Source: Sulfuritalea sp. (lineage in GTDB: Bacteria; Pseudomonadota; Gammaproteobacteria; Burkholderiales; Rhodocyclaceae). From it: DNA of 64,000 nucleotides. The DNA is taken from the NCBI GenBank assembly GCA_023229545.1, contig JALNZB010000005.1, positions 23,281 to 87,280 on the forward strand. Reading direction: 5' to 3'. A program made the translations under genes and the position numbers. Below the pieces are notes generated by a model that saw nothing but the letters and a program-made list of their open reading frames with translations, was not told where the DNA came from and ran no database searches. Below are positions 43,067 to 56,083 of this stretch, in pieces; the first letter of the stretch is position 1; every line of letters starts with the position of its first letter.

Positions 43067-43873
43067 TCAGTAGCGCTTCTTGTTGCTCTCGATCAGCGCA
43101 TAGGCCGAGTGGTTGTGGATGGATTCGAAGTTTTCACTTTCGACCACATAGGCGTCGATGCGCGGGTCGGCGTTGAGCACGCCGGCAACGTCGCGCACCA
43201 GGTCTTCGACGAACTTGGGATTGTCATAGGCGCGCTCGGTGACGTATTTCTCGTCGGGACGCTTCAATAGTCCGTAGAGTTCACACGAGGCTTGGGTTTC
43301 CGCCATGCGGACGATGTCTTCGATCCACACCAACTGGTTGGTGGTGGCGGTGATGGTGACGTGCGAGCGCTGGTTGTGTGCGCCACGGTCGGAGATTTTC
43401 TTCGAGCAGGGACATAGGCTGGTCACCGGGACGATGACCTTGATGGTTTGCCGGTAACGCCCGCCTTCGATGATTTCGCCGATGAAGGTCACCTCGTAAT
43501 CCATCAGGCTCTTGACCCCGGAGATGGGCGCGACTTTGTTGATGAAATACGGAAAACTCATTTCGAGATGGCCTGTTTCCGCTTCGAGGCGGGTCACCAT
43601 TTCGCGCAACATGGACTCGAAACTTTCGACCGAAATCTCATCCTCGTGCACATTGAGGATTTCGACGAAACGAGACATGTGGGTGCCCTTGAAATTGTGC
43701 GGCAAGCCGACGTACATATTGAACGTGGCGATGGTGTGGCGCACGCCGCCGCTCTTGTCCAGCACCTTGAACGGGTGGCGGATGTCCTTGATGCCGACCT
43801 TGTTGATCGGCAACTGACGCGAATCCGCGCTGTTCTGAACGTCCGCAATGACTGATTTTTTGGGTGGGGCCAT
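43067..43873 (-). CDS. folE2: GTP cyclohydrolase FolE2 (type IB)
   Basis: [47 protein letters not shown]. Confidence 0.95.
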   Translation of the reverse strand: MAPPKKSVIADVQNSADSRQLPINKVGIKDIRHPFKVLDKSGGVRHTIATFNMYVGLPHNFKGTHMSRFVEILNVHEDEISVESFESMLREMVTRLEAETGHLEMSFPYFINKVAPISGVKSLMDYEVTFIGEIIEGGRYRQTIKVIVPVTSLCPCSKKISDRGAHNQRSHVTITATTNQLVWIEDIVRMAETQASCELYGLLKRPDEKYVTERAYDNPKFVEDLVRDVAGVLNADPRIDAYVVESENFESIHNHSAYALIESNKKRY

Positions 43874-43966
43874 GGAATTCCTGCAATTCAATTCGTTTCT
43901 CGGTGGTTATGTGGAGGTTCAATGATTAATTGTATCATTGTCCGACTAATTCGCTCGGCTATTGTT

Positions 43967-45817
43967 TCATGCTGCAAGTTTCGTCGCCACGCTGCGTGCG
44001 ATCCCCGTCTCGTCAAGGCCGACTTCCGCCAGCAACAACGCTGAATCGCCATGGTCGATAAATCTGTCCGGCAGGCCAAGCCGCAGCAGGGGGGTGCGCA
44101 ATCCGGATGACTCCAGTGCGCGTGCCACCTCTGAGCCGGCGCCGCCGATCAGGGCATTTTCCTCGATGCTGACCAACAAATCATGGCTCGTCGCGAGCTG
44201 GCGCACAAGGTCAATATCCAGCGGCTTGACGAAGCGCATGTTGGCGACCGTGGCGTCGAGCGTTTCGGCGGCCTTGAGCGCGGGCGTCAGCATGGCGCCG
44301 AAGGCGAGGAGGGCCACCCGCTTGCCTTGTCGCCGCAGTTCGCCCTTGCCCACGGGCAGGGTTTCGAACCCGGGTTCCACGCCGGTTCCAGGCCCGCTGC
44401 CGCGCGGGTAACGCACGGCGCTCGGGCCGCCGAGGGTGAAGGCGGTGGAGAGCATCTTGCGGCATTCGTTCTCATCGCTTGGCGCCATCACCACCATGTT
44501 GGGAATGCAGGTGAGGTAGGAAAGATCGAACGCACCGTTGTGCGTCGCGCCGTCGGCGCCGACCAGCCCGCCCCTATCTATGGCGAACACCACCGGCAGA
44601 TTCTGCAAGGCGATGTCGTGAATCAATTGGTCATAGGCGCGCTGAAGAAACGTGGAGTAAATGGCGACGACGGGTTTCATGCCTTCACAGGCCAGCCCGC
44701 CGGCGAAGGTGACCGCGTGCTGTTCGGCGATGCCGACATCGAAAAAGCGTTCGGGGAATTCCTGCGCGAAGCGCACCATGCCGGAGCCTTCACTCATGGC
44801 CGGAGTGATGCCGACCAAACGCGGATCAGCCTGGGCCTGATCGCACAACCAGTCGCCAAACACCTGGGTGTAGCTTGGCTGCCCCGACCCCTTGCTCCGC
44901 GCGATGCCGTTGACGGCGTCGAACTTGCTGACGCCGTGGTAGAGAATGGGATCGGCTTCGGCAAGCTTGTAGCCCTGACCCTTGCGCGTGATGACGTGGA
45001 GGAATTGCGGGCCTTTCAGATTGCGCAGGTTTTGTAGCGTGGGAATCAGCGCATCGAGATCATGGCCGTCGATGGGACCAATGTAGTTGAAACCGAGCTC
45101 CTCGAACAAGGTTCCTGGCGAAATCATGCCCTTGACATGCTCCTCGACGCGATTGGCGAACTCCAGCACATTGGGCATCGAGGCCAGCACCTTTTCCCCG
45201 GCGCGGCGCGCGGCGTTGAAGGTGCCCCCCGACAGAAGGCGCGCCAGATACTTGTTGAGCGCCCCCACCGGCTGCGAGATGGACATGTCATTGTCGTTGA
45301 GGATGACCAGCAGGTTGGCATCGATCACGCCAGCGTTGTTCAGCGCCTCGAAAGCCTGGCCGGCGGACATCGCGCCATCGCCGATGATGGCGACGACTCG
45401 TCGTTCCTCGCCCTTGTTGTGGGCGGCGACGGCCATGCCCAGCGCGGCGGAGATCGAGGTGGATGAATGGCCGACGCCGAAAGTGTCGTATGCACTCTCG
45501 CTGCGGCGTGGGAAACCGGAAACGCCATTCTTCATGCGCAGACGCTCCATTCCGGCACGTCGACCGGTCAGCGCCTTGTGCGGATAGGTTTGATGACCCA
45601 CGTCCCACACCAGGCGATCCTCGGGCGTGTCAAATACGTAATGCAGTGCGACAGTGAGTTCAACGGTACCCAGATTCGACGATAGATGGCCCCCGGTCTT
45701 TGACACCGATTCGAGCACAAACGCTCGCAGTTCGTCAGCCACCTGGGGCAACTGGTCGCGTTCCAGCGCGCGCAGATCGGCGGGGGAATGAATGTATTCG
45801 AGCAGTGGATAGCGCAT
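43967..45817 (-). CDS. dxs: 1-deoxy-D-xylulose-5-phosphate synthase
   Basis: [48 protein letters not shown]. Confidence 0.97.
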   Translation of the reverse strand: MRYPLLEYIHSPADLRALERDQLPQVADELRAFVLESVSKTGGHLSSNLGTVELTVALHYVFDTPEDRLVWDVGHQTYPHKALTGRRAGMERLRMKNGVSGFPRRSESAYDTFGVGHSSTSISAALGMAVAAHNKGEERRVVAIIGDGAMSAGQAFEALNNAGVIDANLLVILNDNDMSISQPVGALNKYLARLLSGGTFNAARRAGEKVLASMPNVLEFANRVEEHVKGMISPGTLFEELGFNYIGPIDGHDLDALIPTLQNLRNLKGPQFLHVITRKGQGYKLAEADPILYHGVSKFDAVNGIARSKGSGQPSYTQVFGDWLCDQAQADPRLVGITPAMSEGSGMVRFAQEFPERFFDVGIAEQHAVTFAGGLACEGMKPVVAIYSTFLQRAYDQLIHDIALQNLPVVFAIDRGGLVGADGATHNGAFDLSYLTCIPNMVVMAPSDENECRKMLSTAFTLGGPSAVRYPRGSGPGTGVEPGFETLPVGKGELRRQGKRVALLAFGAMLTPALKAAETLDATVANMRFVKPLDIDLVRQLATSHDLLVSIEENALIGGAGSEVARALESSGLRTPLLRLGLPDRFIDHGDSALLLAEVGLDETGIARSVATKLAA

Positions 45818-46701
45818 CAGAAGGTCCGCTCGACGATGAAGTCGGTAAGTTCGTGCAGGCGAAGCGCGGCCTCGCCGAATGGAGTCAGTGCGTCGTGCGC
45901 GTCCTGCCTCAGTTTGCTTGCCATGGTTTTGGCTTCGGTCACGCCGAGAATGTTCACATAGGTCGGTTTGTTCTGCGCGGCGTCCTTGCCGGCGGTCTTG
46001 CCCAGCGTGGCGGTGCTCGCTTCGACGTCGAGGATATCGTCAACCACCTGAAATAGCAGCCCGATGCGGTTGGCAAAACGGCCGAGGCTTTCCAGAGCGT
46101 TCGGCGTAGCTTCGCCGCAATGGGCGCCAAGCAGCACCGCGGCGCGGATCAGTGCGCCGGTCTTGTGAATATGCATGAATTCCAGTTCGCCGATCGTCAA
46201 CTGCTGGCCAACGGCGGCGAGGTCGATGGCCTGGCCGCCGGCCATGCCGCGCGATCCGGAAGCCAGTGCCAGCAGATGCAGCATGTCGAGTTGTCGGCCC
46301 GCAGCGATACCTGCGAGCGGACTCGAAAGAATATGAAATGCCTGGGTTTGCAGGGCATCGCCGACCAGAAGTGCGGTTGCCTCGTCGAACTCAACGTGGC
46401 AGGTTGGTTTGCCCCGGCGCAGGACATCGTCATCCATGCAGGGCAGGTCGTCATGCACCAAGGAATAGGCGTGGATCAGTTCGACGGCAACGGCAGGCGC
46501 GTCGATTGCGCCGCTGTCAGCGCCAAAAATCGATCCGGCCGCATGGCACAGCAGGGGACGGACACGCTTGCCGCCGCCCAGCACGGCGTAGCGCATCGCC
46601 TCGTGCAAGCGTGCGGGGGCGAGTCCGGTTGCAGGCAGGGCGGCTTCCAAAGCCAATTCGGTCCGCTGCTGGACGGCGGACATCCAGGTCGAAAAATTCA
46701 T
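45817..46701 (-). CDS. ispA: Farnesyl diphosphate synthase
   Basis: [52 protein letters not shown]. Confidence 0.95.
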   Translation of the reverse strand: MNFSTWMSAVQQRTELALEAALPATGLAPARLHEAMRYAVLGGGKRVRPLLCHAAGSIFGADSGAIDAPAVAVELIHAYSLVHDDLPCMDDDVLRRGKPTCHVEFDEATALLVGDALQTQAFHILSSPLAGIAAGRQLDMLHLLALASGSRGMAGGQAIDLAAVGQQLTIGELEFMHIHKTGALIRAAVLLGAHCGEATPNALESLGRFANRIGLLFQVVDDILDVEASTATLGKTAGKDAAQNKPTYVNILGVTEAKTMASKLRQDAHDALTPFGEAALRLHELTDFIVERTF

Positions 46702-46708
46702 GTCTGCC

Positions 46709-46984
46709 TCAATCCTCTGCTTCGTCGCCGGTTTCCGGGTCGAAGTCGCGCAATTCATTGCCGTCGAGGACGCGTATCTGTTGCTCAGCCGCCGTCAGGG
46801 TGTCCTGACACTGGCGCAACAGCGCCATGCCGCGCTGGTAGGCATCAAGCGCCTCCTGCAACGGCATTTGACCTGCCTCCATCGCAGCGACGATGCTCTC
46901 CAGTTCGCCGAGTGCGCTTTCAAACGAAGGAGGGTTTGCGCTTGCTGAATCGATGTCGGGAGAAATGTTCGGCATAGTGGCCAT
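46709..46984 (-). CDS. xseB: Exodeoxyribonuclease VII small subunit
   Basis: SFESALGELESIV..ME.G..PL..AL..YQRG..L...C...L..AEQ. Confidence 0.93.
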   Translation of the reverse strand: MATMPNISPDIDSASANPPSFESALGELESIVAAMEAGQMPLQEALDAYQRGMALLRQCQDTLTAAEQQIRVLDGNELRDFDPETGDEAED

Positions 46985-47209
46985 GAGTGAAGCCTTGGCC
47001 GGAAGCGGTGACCAGCGGCAAGGGAAAACCGTGAAAATAGCCTAAGGTGCGCCCTCTGGTCAAATTGTCGAATTCCTGCGGACTGCATTTGAGAGGGAAA
47101 AATGGACAATGAACGGACGGCCAAGGCATCTCGATAATGATTCCGGCGGCGCTTGAACCGGCCGAAGTGAGTCCCGGCGACGGCCTATGCAAAATGACAG
47201 TCGAAAGCA

Positions 47210-47238
47210 TTGCGACAGGCTGCCCGGCAAGCTATAAT
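47210..47238 (+). promoter_or_regulatory. sigma70 promoter of carAB
   Basis: TTGCGA-N17-TATAAT. Confidence 0.7.
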
Positions 47239-47318
47239 TTGACGGTTTGCCGGACGCTATGTGAATCAAGCGGTGTCCGGTTTCGATTGCCGAATTGTCT
47301 TGTTCCGGGAGCTCCATC

Positions 47319-48467
47319 GTGCCTCACTTTCCGCCCGCCCTTCTTGCCTTGGCCGACGGAACGGTGTTTAGAGGCAAAGGCATCGGTGCCGGCGGCAGCA
47401 GCGTTGGTGAAGTGGTGTTCAACACCGCGCTGACTGGCTACCAGGAAATCCTGACCGATCCGTCCTACTGCCGTCAGATCGTCACCCTCACCTATCCCCA
47501 TATCGGCAACTACGGCGTCAATCGCGAAGACTGCGAAGCCGGTCGTATCCATGCGGCTGGTCTGGTCATTCGCGACCTGCCGCTGCTGGCCTCGAATTTC
47601 CGCAGCGAGCAGACGCTCGACGCCTACCTGCGTGCCGAGAATGTGCTGGGCCTGGCCGACATCGATACCCGCAAGCTGACCCGTATCCTGCGCGAAAACG
47701 GCGCCCAGGCTGGCTGTCTCGTATCTGCCAACGCGGTCGGAGACCAGATTGATGCCGATGCCGCCGTTGCCGAGGCGCGCGCTTTTCCCGGACTGGCTGG
47801 AATGGATCTGGCGCAGGTGGTCAGCGCCAAGGAGTCCTACGCCTGGAGCGAAGGCGAGTGGAAGCTCGGCGAGGGGTTCACGCAGCCGAAGTCTTCGACT
47901 TTCCACGTCGTCGCCTATGACTTCGGCGTCAAGCGCAACATCCTGCGCATGCTGGCGTCACGTGGTTGCAAGCTCACCGTGGTACCAGCCAGAACGACGG
48001 CGGCGGAGGTGCTGGCGCTCAATCCTGACGGCATTTTCCTGTCCAACGGTCCCGGTGACCCGGAGCCTTGCTACTATGCTGTGGCGGCGATCCGCGAGTT
48101 TCTCGAACGGCGCTTGCCGACCTTCGGCATCTGCCTTGGCCACCAGTTGATGGGGCTGGCCGGCGGCGGCAAGACGCTGAAAATGAAATTCGGCCATCAC
48201 GGCGCCAATCATCCGGTCAAGGATATCGAAACCGGGCAGGTGTTGATCACCAGCCAGAACCATGGTTTCGCTGTCGATCCCACGACCCTGCCACGGAACG
48301 TCAAAGTGACCCATGTCTCGCTGTTCGACGGCAGCCTGCAGGGCATGGCCTGGACGGATCGACCGGCGTTCTGCTTCCAGGGGCATCCCGAAGCCAGTCC
48401 GGGGCCGCATGATGTGGCCTACCTGTTTGATCGCTTCATCGGGATGATGGACAAGAACAATGCCTAA
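47319..48467 (+). CDS. carA: Carbamoyl-phosphate synthase small subunit
   Basis: [46 protein letters not shown]. Confidence 0.97.
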   Translation: MPHFPPALLALADGTVFRGKGIGAGGSSVGEVVFNTALTGYQEILTDPSYCRQIVTLTYPHIGNYGVNREDCEAGRIHAAGLVIRDLPLLASNFRSEQTLDAYLRAENVLGLADIDTRKLTRILRENGAQAGCLVSANAVGDQIDADAAVAEARAFPGLAGMDLAQVVSAKESYAWSEGEWKLGEGFTQPKSSTFHVVAYDFGVKRNILRMLASRGCKLTVVPARTTAAEVLALNPDGIFLSNGPGDPEPCYYAVAAIREFLERRLPTFGICLGHQLMGLAGGGKTLKMKFGHHGANHPVKDIETGQVLITSQNHGFAVDPTTLPRNVKVTHVSLFDGSLQGMAWTDRPAFCFQGHPEASPGPHDVAYLFDRFIGMMDKNNA

Positions 48468-51400
48468 GAGAACCGACATCCACAGCATTCTGATCATTGG
48501 CGCCGGCCCGATCATCATCGGTCAGGCTTGCGAGTTCGACTATTCCGGCGCCCAGGCTTGCAAGGCCCTGCGCGAAGAAGGTTACCGCGTGATCCTGGTC
48601 AACTCCAATCCGGCGACGATCATGACCGATCCCGAGATGGCCGACGTGACCTACATCGAGCCGATCAGTTGGCGCGTGCTGGAAAACATCATCGCCAAGG
48701 AGCGGCCGGACGCAGTCCTGCCGACCATGGGCGGACAGACCGCGCTGAATTGTGCACTCGATCTGGCCAAGCACGGCGTGCTGGAGAAGTATGGTGTCGA
48801 GATGATCGGCGCCTCGCGCGAGGCGATCGACATGGCCGAGGATCGCGAGAAGTTCAAGCAGGCCATGACCCGCATCGGTCTCGGTTCCGCGCGTTCCGGC
48901 ATCGCCCACAGCATGGAAGAGGCGCAGCAGGTGCAGGGCGCCATCGGCTTTCCCGCCATCATCCGACCGTCATTCACCATGGGCGGCTCGGGCGGCGGCA
49001 TCGCCTACAACCAGGAAGAATTCGTCGAGATTTGCAAGCGCGGCCTGGAAGCCTCGCCGACCAAGGAACTGCTGATCGAGGAATCGCTGCTCGGCTGGAA
49101 AGAGTTCGAGATGGAGGTGGTGCGCGACCACAAGGACAATTGCATCATCATCTGTTCCATCGAGAACCTCGATCCGATGGGGGTGCACACCGGTGACTCG
49201 ATCACCGTCGCTCCGGCGCAGACGCTGACCGATCGCGAATACCAGATCATGCGCAACGCCAGCATTGCCGTGCTGCGCGAGATCGGCGTCGATACCGGCG
49301 GCTCCAATGTGCAGTTCGCCATCAACCCGAAGAACGGCGCCATGGTGGTGATCGAGATGAACCCGCGCGTGTCGCGTTCCTCGGCGCTGGCCTCGAAGGC
49401 CACCGGCTTTCCGATCGCCAAGATCGCCGCCAAGCTGGCGGTGGGCTTCACCCTCGATGAACTGAAGAACGACATCACCGGCGGTGCCACGCCGGCGTCA
49501 TTCGAGCCGTCCATCGACTACGTGGTGACCAAGGTGCCGCGCTTTGCCTTCGAGAAATTCCCGCAGGCCAATGACCGCTTGACGACGCAGATGAAGTCCG
49601 TCGGCGAGGTCATGGCGATAGGTCGCAGCTTCCAGGAGTCGATGCAGAAGGCGCTGCGCGGGCTCGAAGTCAGCGTCTACGGTTTCGACGAGATCGATGC
49701 CGACCGCGAGGAAATCAATCGCGAACTGGCCAGTCCCGGTCCGCAGCGCATCTGGTACGTGGCCCAAGCCTTTCGTGAGGGCTACAGCCTGCAGCAGGTG
49801 TTCGATCTGACCAGCATTGATCCGTGGTTTCTGGTGCAAATCGAAGACCTCATTGCCACCGAAGGTTGGATGCGTTCGCAGAATCTGGACGACCTCGACG
49901 CCGTTACGCTGCGCAATCTCAAGCGCAAGGGGTTCTCGGATCGTCGCATTGGCACAATAGTCGGCGCTGGCGAGACGGCGGTGCGCGAACTGCGGCATCG
50001 CCTGAACATCCGCCCGGTATACAAGCGCGTCGACACCTGCGCCGGCGAGTTCTCCACGGCGACCGCCTACATGTATTCGACCTACGAGGAAGAATGCGAA
50101 GCGCGGCCGAGCGCGAAGAAGAAGATCATGGTGCTCGGCGGCGGCCCCAACCGCATCGGCCAGGGCATCGAATTCGATTACTGCTGCGTGCATGCGGCGC
50201 TGGCGATGCGCGAGGATGGCTATGAGACCATCATGGTCAACTGCAATCCGGAGACCGTATCCACCGACTATGACACGTCGGATCGCCTGTATTTCGAGCC
50301 GGTGACCCTGGAAGACATTCTCGAAATCGTCCATGTCGAACAACCGACCGGCGTCATCGTGCAGTTCGGCGGCCAGACGCCGTTGAAGCGGGCGCGCGAA
50401 CTCGAAGCCAATGGCGTGCCCATTATTGGCACCAGTCCCGACATGATCGACGCCGCCGAGGATCGCGAGCGCTTTCAGAAACTGCTGCATGACCTGGGCC
50501 TGAAGCAGCCGCCAAATCGCACGGCGCGCACCGAGCCGGACGCGATCCGCCTCGCTGCCGAGATCGGCTACCCGCTGGTGGTGCGCCCTTCCTACGTGCT
50601 GGGTGGCCGCGCCATGGAAATCGTGCATGAGCAGAAGGATCTCGAACGCTACATGCGCGACGCGATCAAGGTCTCCTTCGATTCGCCGGTGCTGCTCGAC
50701 CGCTTCCTCAACGACGCCACCGAGGTCGATGTCGATGCCCTGTGTGACGGTCAGCAAGTGTTGATCGGCGGCATCATGGAACACATCGAACAAGCGGGGG
50801 TGCATTCGGGCGATTCCGCCTGTTCGTTGCCGCCGTTTTCCCTGTGTCCGGAGATCCAGGACGAACTGCGCCGCCAGACCGAGATGATGGCCAAGGGACT
50901 CAACGTAGTCGGCCTGATGAACGTGCAGTTCGCCATCCAGGGCCGGGGCGACGATGCGGTGGTTTACGTGCTGGAAGTCAATCCGCGCGCATCACGCACC
51001 GTGCCTTTCGTCTCCAAGGCCACCAGTCTGCCGCTGGCCAAGATCGCGGCGCGCTGCATGGCGGGGCGCAGTCTGGCGGATCAGGGCGTGACCCGCGAAA
51101 TCATCCCGCCGTATTATTCGGTGAAGGAAGCGGTTTTCCCTTTCATCAAGTTCCCCGGCGTCGATACCATCCTCGGCCCCGAGATGAAATCCACCGGCGA
51201 GGTGATGGGCGTCGGGCGCACGTTCGGCGAAGCCTTCGTCAAGTCGCAGCTTGCCGCCGGGACGCGATTGCCGACATCGGGCAAGGTTTTCGTCAGCGTC
51301 AAACCGGCGGACAGGCCGAAGGCGGTCGATGTCGCGCGCGAGTTGCACGAACTCGGCTTTGCGCTGGTTGCCACCCGTGGCACGGGCGGCGCGATTGAAG

Positions 51401-51678
51401 CAGCCGGCATTCCGGTCGGCATGGTCAACAAAGTGGCCGAAGGGCGACCGCATATTGTTGATATGATTAAGAATGGCGAGATCGCGTTGATCGTGAACAC
51501 TGTCGAAGAGAAACGCACTGCGATTGCCGATTCGCGCTCGATCCGCACCTCCGCGCTGACCGCCAAGGTGACGCTGTTCACCACCATCGAAGGCGCTCGC
51601 GCCGCCTGTGCCGGCATGCGCCACGCCGGTCTTGAAACCTATTCCCTGCAGGCCTTGCACGCCGAATTAAAAGCATGA
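48460..51678 (+). CDS. carB: Carbamoyl-phosphate synthase large subunit
   Basis: [28 protein letters not shown]; duplicated ATP-grasp halves; 1072 aa. Confidence 0.98.
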   Translation: MPKRTDIHSILIIGAGPIIIGQACEFDYSGAQACKALREEGYRVILVNSNPATIMTDPEMADVTYIEPISWRVLENIIAKERPDAVLPTMGGQTALNCALDLAKHGVLEKYGVEMIGASREAIDMAEDREKFKQAMTRIGLGSARSGIAHSMEEAQQVQGAIGFPAIIRPSFTMGGSGGGIAYNQEEFVEICKRGLEASPTKELLIEESLLGWKEFEMEVVRDHKDNCIIICSIENLDPMGVHTGDSITVAPAQTLTDREYQIMRNASIAVLREIGVDTGGSNVQFAINPKNGAMVVIEMNPRVSRSSALASKATGFPIAKIAAKLAVGFTLDELKNDITGGATPASFEPSIDYVVTKVPRFAFEKFPQANDRLTTQMKSVGEVMAIGRSFQESMQKALRGLEVSVYGFDEIDADREEINRELASPGPQRIWYVAQAFREGYSLQQVFDLTSIDPWFLVQIEDLIATEGWMRSQNLDDLDAVTLRNLKRKGFSDRRIGTIVGAGETAVRELRHRLNIRPVYKRVDTCAGEFSTATAYMYSTYEEECEARPSAKKKIMVLGGGPNRIGQGIEFDYCCVHAALAMREDGYETIMVNCNPETVSTDYDTSDRLYFEPVTLEDILEIVHVEQPTGVIVQFGGQTPLKRARELEANGVPIIGTSPDMIDAAEDRERFQKLLHDLGLKQPPNRTARTEPDAIRLAAEIGYPLVVRPSYVLGGRAMEIVHEQKDLERYMRDAIKVSFDSPVLLDRFLNDATEVDVDALCDGQQVLIGGIMEHIEQAGVHSGDSACSLPPFSLCPEIQDELRRQTEMMAKGLNVVGLMNVQFAIQGRGDDAVVYVLEVNPRASRTVPFVSKATSLPLAKIAARCMAGRSLADQGVTREIIPPYYSVKEAVFPFIKFPGVDTILGPEMKSTGEVMGVGRTFGEAFVKSQLAAGTRLPTSGKVFVSVKPADRPKAVDVARELHELGFALVATRGTGGAIEAAGIPVGMVNKVAEGRPHIVDMIKNGEIALIVNTVEEKRTAIADSRSIRTSALTAKVTLFTTIEGARAACAGMRHAGLETYSLQALHAELKA

Positions 51679-52154
51679 GCGGAAAATACCCCATCACCCT
51701 GCGCGGTGCCGAGCTGCTGCGAAAAGAACTGCAACGGATGAAAACCGTTGATCGCCCGGCCGTGATTGCCGCCATCGCCGAGGCACGCTCACATGGCGAC
51801 CTGTCGGAGAACGCCGAGTACGATGCCGCCAAGGAACGTCAGGGCTTTCTCGAAGGCCGTATCAAGGAGGTCGAGGGCAAACTAGGCAACGCGCAGATCA
51901 TCGATCCGGCATCGCTGGACGCTGACGGTCGCGTCGTCTTCGGCTCCACGGTCGAACTCGAAGACCTGGACAGTGGCGCCACCGTCACCTACCAGATCGT
52001 CGGCGACGATGAAGCCGACATCAAGGCCGGCATGCTTTCGCTGAATTCTCCGGTGGCGCGCGCGCTGATCGGCAAGTTTGCCGGCGACGTGGCCGAGGTG
52101 CAGACGCCGGGCGGGCGGCGCGAGTACGAGATACTCGACGTCAAGTACGTTTGA
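51675..52154 (+). CDS. greA: Transcription elongation factor GreA
   Basis: [35 protein letters not shown]. Confidence 0.96.
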   Translation: MSGKYPITLRGAELLRKELQRMKTVDRPAVIAAIAEARSHGDLSENAEYDAAKERQGFLEGRIKEVEGKLGNAQIIDPASLDADGRVVFGSTVELEDLDSGATVTYQIVGDDEADIKAGMLSLNSPVARALIGKFAGDVAEVQTPGGRREYEILDVKYV

Positions 52155-52167
52155 GACTTTTCCCGGT

Positions 52168-52560
52168 CTAGAGCTTGCGGTTGCGGGCTTCGGTGCGCGC
52201 GGCGGCCTGCTTCTTGGTTGCTGGTGGAGCAGACTTTCGCCGTGTCGCCAGTGCCGACTGTTCGGCAGCCTCATCCTTCGGATTCTCGCGCCAGAGTACC
52301 AGCAGGTTGCCGATATGCTGCACTGTGGCGCATTTGAGTGCAGTACAGATTTCGGCGAACAGGGCCTCGCGCACTTCGCGCTCTATGCCGTAAAGTCGCA
52401 ATTTGATCAGTTCGTGGGCCGTGAGGCAACGGTCGATCTCCGCCAGGACGGAAGACGTCAGGCCCTTCTGGCTGATGGAAACGACAGGATTCAGATGGTG
52501 CGCGGCGGCCCGCAGGGCGCGGCGCTGGGTGGGGCTCAGTTGGGGTGTATTTTCAGTCAT
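52168..52560 (-). CDS. yhbY: YhbY/CRM domain RNA-binding protein
   Basis: [34 protein letters not shown]; divergent from rlmE. Confidence 0.9.
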   Translation of the reverse strand: MTENTPQLSPTQRRALRAAAHHLNPVVSISQKGLTSSVLAEIDRCLTAHELIKLRLYGIEREVREALFAEICTALKCATVQHIGNLLVLWRENPKDEAAEQSALATRRKSAPPATKKQAAARTEARNRKL

Positions 52561-52574
52561 GGCGGGATTGTAGC

Positions 52575-53219
52575 GTGAGCGGGAAGATCGAGAGCAAGGT
52601 CAAGAAAAACAAGACCACCAAGGCGTGGATCACCGAGCACGTCAATGATGCCTACGTGCAGCGCGCCAGAGTTGAGGGCTGGCGTTCCCGCGCTGCCTTC
52701 AAGCTGATTGAAATCGACGACAAGGACAAACTGCTGAAACCGGGCATGACCGTGGTCGATCTCGGTTCCGCGCCCGGCAGTTGGTCACAGGTCGCCGCGA
52801 AGCGCGTGGTGCCCGGCGGGCGGCTGATCGCGCTCGACCTGCTGCCGATGGAACCGGTGCATGGCGTCGAATTCATTCAGGGCGATTTCCGCGACGACGC
52901 AGTGTTGCAAACGCTGGCCGATGCCCTCGATGGCCGTCAGGTCGACCTTGTATTGTCGGACATGGCCCCCAACATGTCGGGTATTGGCATGGTCGATCAG
53001 GCGCGTGTGATGCTTCTGGCTGAACTGACACTGGAGTTTTGCGCCTTGCATCTGAAGCCCGGTGGCGACATGCTGACCAAGGTTTTTCAGGGCGATGGCT
53101 TCATGGAGTTGCGCCGTGCCCTGCAGCAACAGTTTCAGATCCTGCAAATGAGAAAGCCGGCGGCTTCACGCAATCGCAGCGCCGAGATTTACCTGCTGGC
53201 GCGGGGCAGGCGGGTGTAG
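52575..53219 (+). CDS. rlmE: 23S rRNA Um2552 methyltransferase
   Basis: [43 protein letters not shown]. Confidence 0.95.
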   Translation: MSGKIESKVKKNKTTKAWITEHVNDAYVQRARVEGWRSRAAFKLIEIDDKDKLLKPGMTVVDLGSAPGSWSQVAAKRVVPGGRLIALDLLPMEPVHGVEFIQGDFRDDAVLQTLADALDGRQVDLVLSDMAPNMSGIGMVDQARVMLLAELTLEFCALHLKPGGDMLTKVFQGDGFMELRRALQQQFQILQMRKPAASRNRSAEIYLLARGRRV

Positions 53220-53308
53220 TGGTGGGCCGCTGCGGTTTGCGGCCTGTTGTAATCGGCACTAGAATGGGCTGATGTGTACTCCCGACTGAGGGAAAGAGAG
53301 GCTTCACC

Positions 53309-55192
53309 TTGAATAACATGTTTAAAAGTATGGCGATCTGGCTGGTGATCGGCATTGTCCTGATGACGGTTTTCAATCAGTTCAACACGCGCCAGACGGC
53401 GGCGGTTGGATCGCTGGAATACTCGCAGTTCCTTGAAGAGGTGAAGCAGGGCCGCGTCACCAAGGTGGTGATTCAGGGCCGCACCCTGGAAGCCACCACG
53501 ACCGACGGCAAGAAGATCACCACTTACGCGCCGCCGGACTTGTGGATGGTGTCTGATCTGTTGAAAAACAACGTCAAGGTCGTCGCCAAGCCCGAGGAAG
53601 AACAGTCTTTCCTGACCAGCATTTTCGTCTCGTGGTTTCCCATGCTGCTGTTGATCGGTGTCTGGGTGTTTTTCATGCGCCAGATGCAGGGCGGAGGCAA
53701 GGGCGGGGCGTTTTCCTTTGGCAAGAGCCGCGCCAGGATGATGGATGAATCCTCCAATGTCATCACCTTTGCCGATGTGGCCGGTTGCGACGAAGCCAAG
53801 GAGGAAGTCTACGAAATGGTCGACTTCCTGAAAGACCCGACCAAGTTCCAGAAACTCGGCGGGCGCATTCCGCGTGGCGTGCTGCTGGTTGGCTCGCCCG
53901 GTACCGGCAAGACCCTGCTGGCCAAGGCGATTGCGGGCGAGGCCAAGGTGCCTTTCTTCTCGATTTCCGGTTCCGACTTCGTTGAAATGTTCGTCGGTGT
54001 CGGTGCCGCGCGCGTGCGCGACATGTTTGACCAGGCCAAGAAGTCCGCACCGTGCATCATTTTCATCGACGAACTCGACGCCGTCGGTCGCCAGCGTGGC
54101 GCCGGCCTCGGCGGCGGTAACGACGAGCGCGAACAGACCCTGAACCAGATGCTGGTCGAGATGGACGGTTTCGAGCCATCGGTGGGCGTGATCGTGGTGG
54201 CCGCCACCAACCGGCCCGACGTGCTCGATCCGGCGCTGCTGCGCCCCGGTCGCTTCGACCGCCAGGTGGTGGTGCCGCTGCCGGACATTCGCGGTCGCGA
54301 ACAGATTCTCAAAGTGCATATGCGCAAGGTGCCGGTGGCGCCGGACATCGATGCGTCGATCCTGGCCCGTGGCTGTCCGGGGTTCTCCGGCGCCGATCTG
54401 GCCAACCTGGTCAATGAAGCCGCGCTGTTCGCCGCGCGCAGCAACAAGCGCCTGGTGGACATGGAAGACTTCGAGCGCGCCAAGGACAAGATCATGATGG
54501 GCGCCGAGCGCCGCTCCATGGTCATGCCCGAAGAGGAACGAAGGAACACCGCGTATCACGAGTCCGGTCATGCCGTGGTGGCCAAGTTGCTGCCCAAGAC
54601 CGATCCAGTGCATAAGGTGACGGTCATCCCGCGCGGTCGCGCGCTGGGCCTGACCATGCAACTGCCCGATCAGGAACGCTATAGCCAGGATCGTGAGCGT
54701 TTGCTCAGCACCATTACCGTCTTGTTCGGTGGCCGCATTGCGGAAGAACTGTTCATGGGGCAGATGACCACCGGCGCTTCGAATGATTTTCAGCGCGCCA
54801 CCGATCTTGCCCGGCGCATGGTGACGCAATGGGGCATGTCCGAGAGTCTGGGTACGATGGTGTACGGGGAAGAGGAAGGCGAGATTTTTCTCGGCCGTTC
54901 CGTCACCACCCACAAGAACGTTTCGGAGTCCACCATGCAGAAGGTGGATATGGAGATTCGCCGCATTCTCGACGAGCAGTACGCACGTGCCCGTAAACTG
55001 TTGGAGGACAACCGCGATAAGGTCGAGGCCATGGCGGCGGCATTGCTGGAGTTGGAAACCATTGACGCCGACCAGATCAACGACATCATGGCCGGCTTGC
55101 CACCGCGTCCGCCCAAGCCTTCCAGTGCGCCGCCAGTGCCTAGAGCCGACAGCACGCCGGATCCCGAGCCGACCGCGCCGGCACCGGCCTGA
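53309..55192 (+). CDS. ftsH: ATP-dependent zinc metalloprotease FtsH
   Basis: [32 protein letters not shown] zinc motif. Confidence 0.98.
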   Translation: MNNMFKSMAIWLVIGIVLMTVFNQFNTRQTAAVGSLEYSQFLEEVKQGRVTKVVIQGRTLEATTTDGKKITTYAPPDLWMVSDLLKNNVKVVAKPEEEQSFLTSIFVSWFPMLLLIGVWVFFMRQMQGGGKGGAFSFGKSRARMMDESSNVITFADVAGCDEAKEEVYEMVDFLKDPTKFQKLGGRIPRGVLLVGSPGTGKTLLAKAIAGEAKVPFFSISGSDFVEMFVGVGAARVRDMFDQAKKSAPCIIFIDELDAVGRQRGAGLGGGNDEREQTLNQMLVEMDGFEPSVGVIVVAATNRPDVLDPALLRPGRFDRQVVVPLPDIRGREQILKVHMRKVPVAPDIDASILARGCPGFSGADLANLVNEAALFAARSNKRLVDMEDFERAKDKIMMGAERRSMVMPEEERRNTAYHESGHAVVAKLLPKTDPVHKVTVIPRGRALGLTMQLPDQERYSQDRERLLSTITVLFGGRIAEELFMGQMTTGASNDFQRATDLARRMVTQWGMSESLGTMVYGEEEGEIFLGRSVTTHKNVSESTMQKVDMEIRRILDEQYARARKLLEDNRDKVEAMAAALLELETIDADQINDIMAGLPPRPPKPSSAPPVPRADSTPDPEPTAPAPA

Positions 55193-55210
55193 TTTCCGAT
55201 ACAGCTCAGA

Positions 55211-55244
55211 CGGGCCGCCGAAGACTTGCCGATTCGGCGGCCCG
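55211..55244 (+). terminator. Stem-loop between ftsH and folP
   Basis: CGGGCCGCCGAA...TTCGGCGGCCCG 12-bp stem, then GTCTTTT. Confidence 0.55.
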
Positions 55245-55252
55245 CGTCTTTT

Positions 55253-56083
55253 ATGACACAGAATTTCCTCTGCGGTCGCTTTGTCCTCGATGCCGGGCGT
55301 CCGCTCATCATGGGCATTGTTAACCTGTCCGACGATTCCTTTTCCGGCGATGGCCAGCACGGCAATATCGACGCCGCCATTGCCCTGGGCCGGCGGCTGA
55401 TCGAAGAGGGCGCGCACATTCTTGATCTTGGCGCCGAATCCTCGCGACCGGGGGCGACACCAGTGCCGGCACAACAGGAGATTGACCGCCTGCTGCCGGT
55501 GATCGAGGCCTTGCGCGATTGTGGCGCTCCGCTGTCGATCGATACCGTCAAGCCGGAAGTGATGCGCGTTGCGCTGGCGACCGGTATTGACATGATCAAC
55601 GACATCAATGCACTGCGCGCTCCGGGCGCCATGGAACTGGTTGCTGAAAGCCGTGCCGGGGTTTGCCTGATGCACATGCAGGGCGATCCAGGCACCATGC
55701 AGGACGATCCGCATTACGTTGACGTCGTCGTCGAGGTCGCCGAGTTTCTCGCCGAGCGCGTCGCGGCCGCCGAGGCGGCGGGTATTGCCTTGAATCGCAT
55801 CGCGGTCGATCCAGGTTTTGGCTTCGGCAAGACGCTGGAACACAACATCCAACTGTTGCGCCGACTCGGTGAACTGGTGGTGCCGGGCCTGCCCCTGCTG
55901 GTGGGGCTGTCGCGCAAGTCGATGCTGGGTCAGCTTACCGGACGAGATCCGTCCGAGCGGATTTATGGGGGAATCGCGGCGCATGTGCTGGCGGTCCTGC
56001 GCGGTGCGCGTATCGTGCGCGTGCATGATGTCGCCGCGACGCGCGACGCCCTTGCCGTATTGCAAACTGTGGAGGATTACTGA
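55253..56083 (+). CDS. folP: Dihydropteroate synthase
   Basis: IMGIVNLSDDSFSGDG, GAESSRPGA, SIDTVKP, DPGFGFGKT, GLSRKS. Confidence 0.95.
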   Translation: MTQNFLCGRFVLDAGRPLIMGIVNLSDDSFSGDGQHGNIDAAIALGRRLIEEGAHILDLGAESSRPGATPVPAQQEIDRLLPVIEALRDCGAPLSIDTVKPEVMRVALATGIDMINDINALRAPGAMELVAESRAGVCLMHMQGDPGTMQDDPHYVDVVVEVAEFLAERVAAAEAAGIALNRIAVDPGFGFGKTLEHNIQLLRRLGELVVPGLPLLVGLSRKSMLGQLTGRDPSERIYGGIAAHVLAVLRGARIVRVHDVAATRDALAVLQTVEDY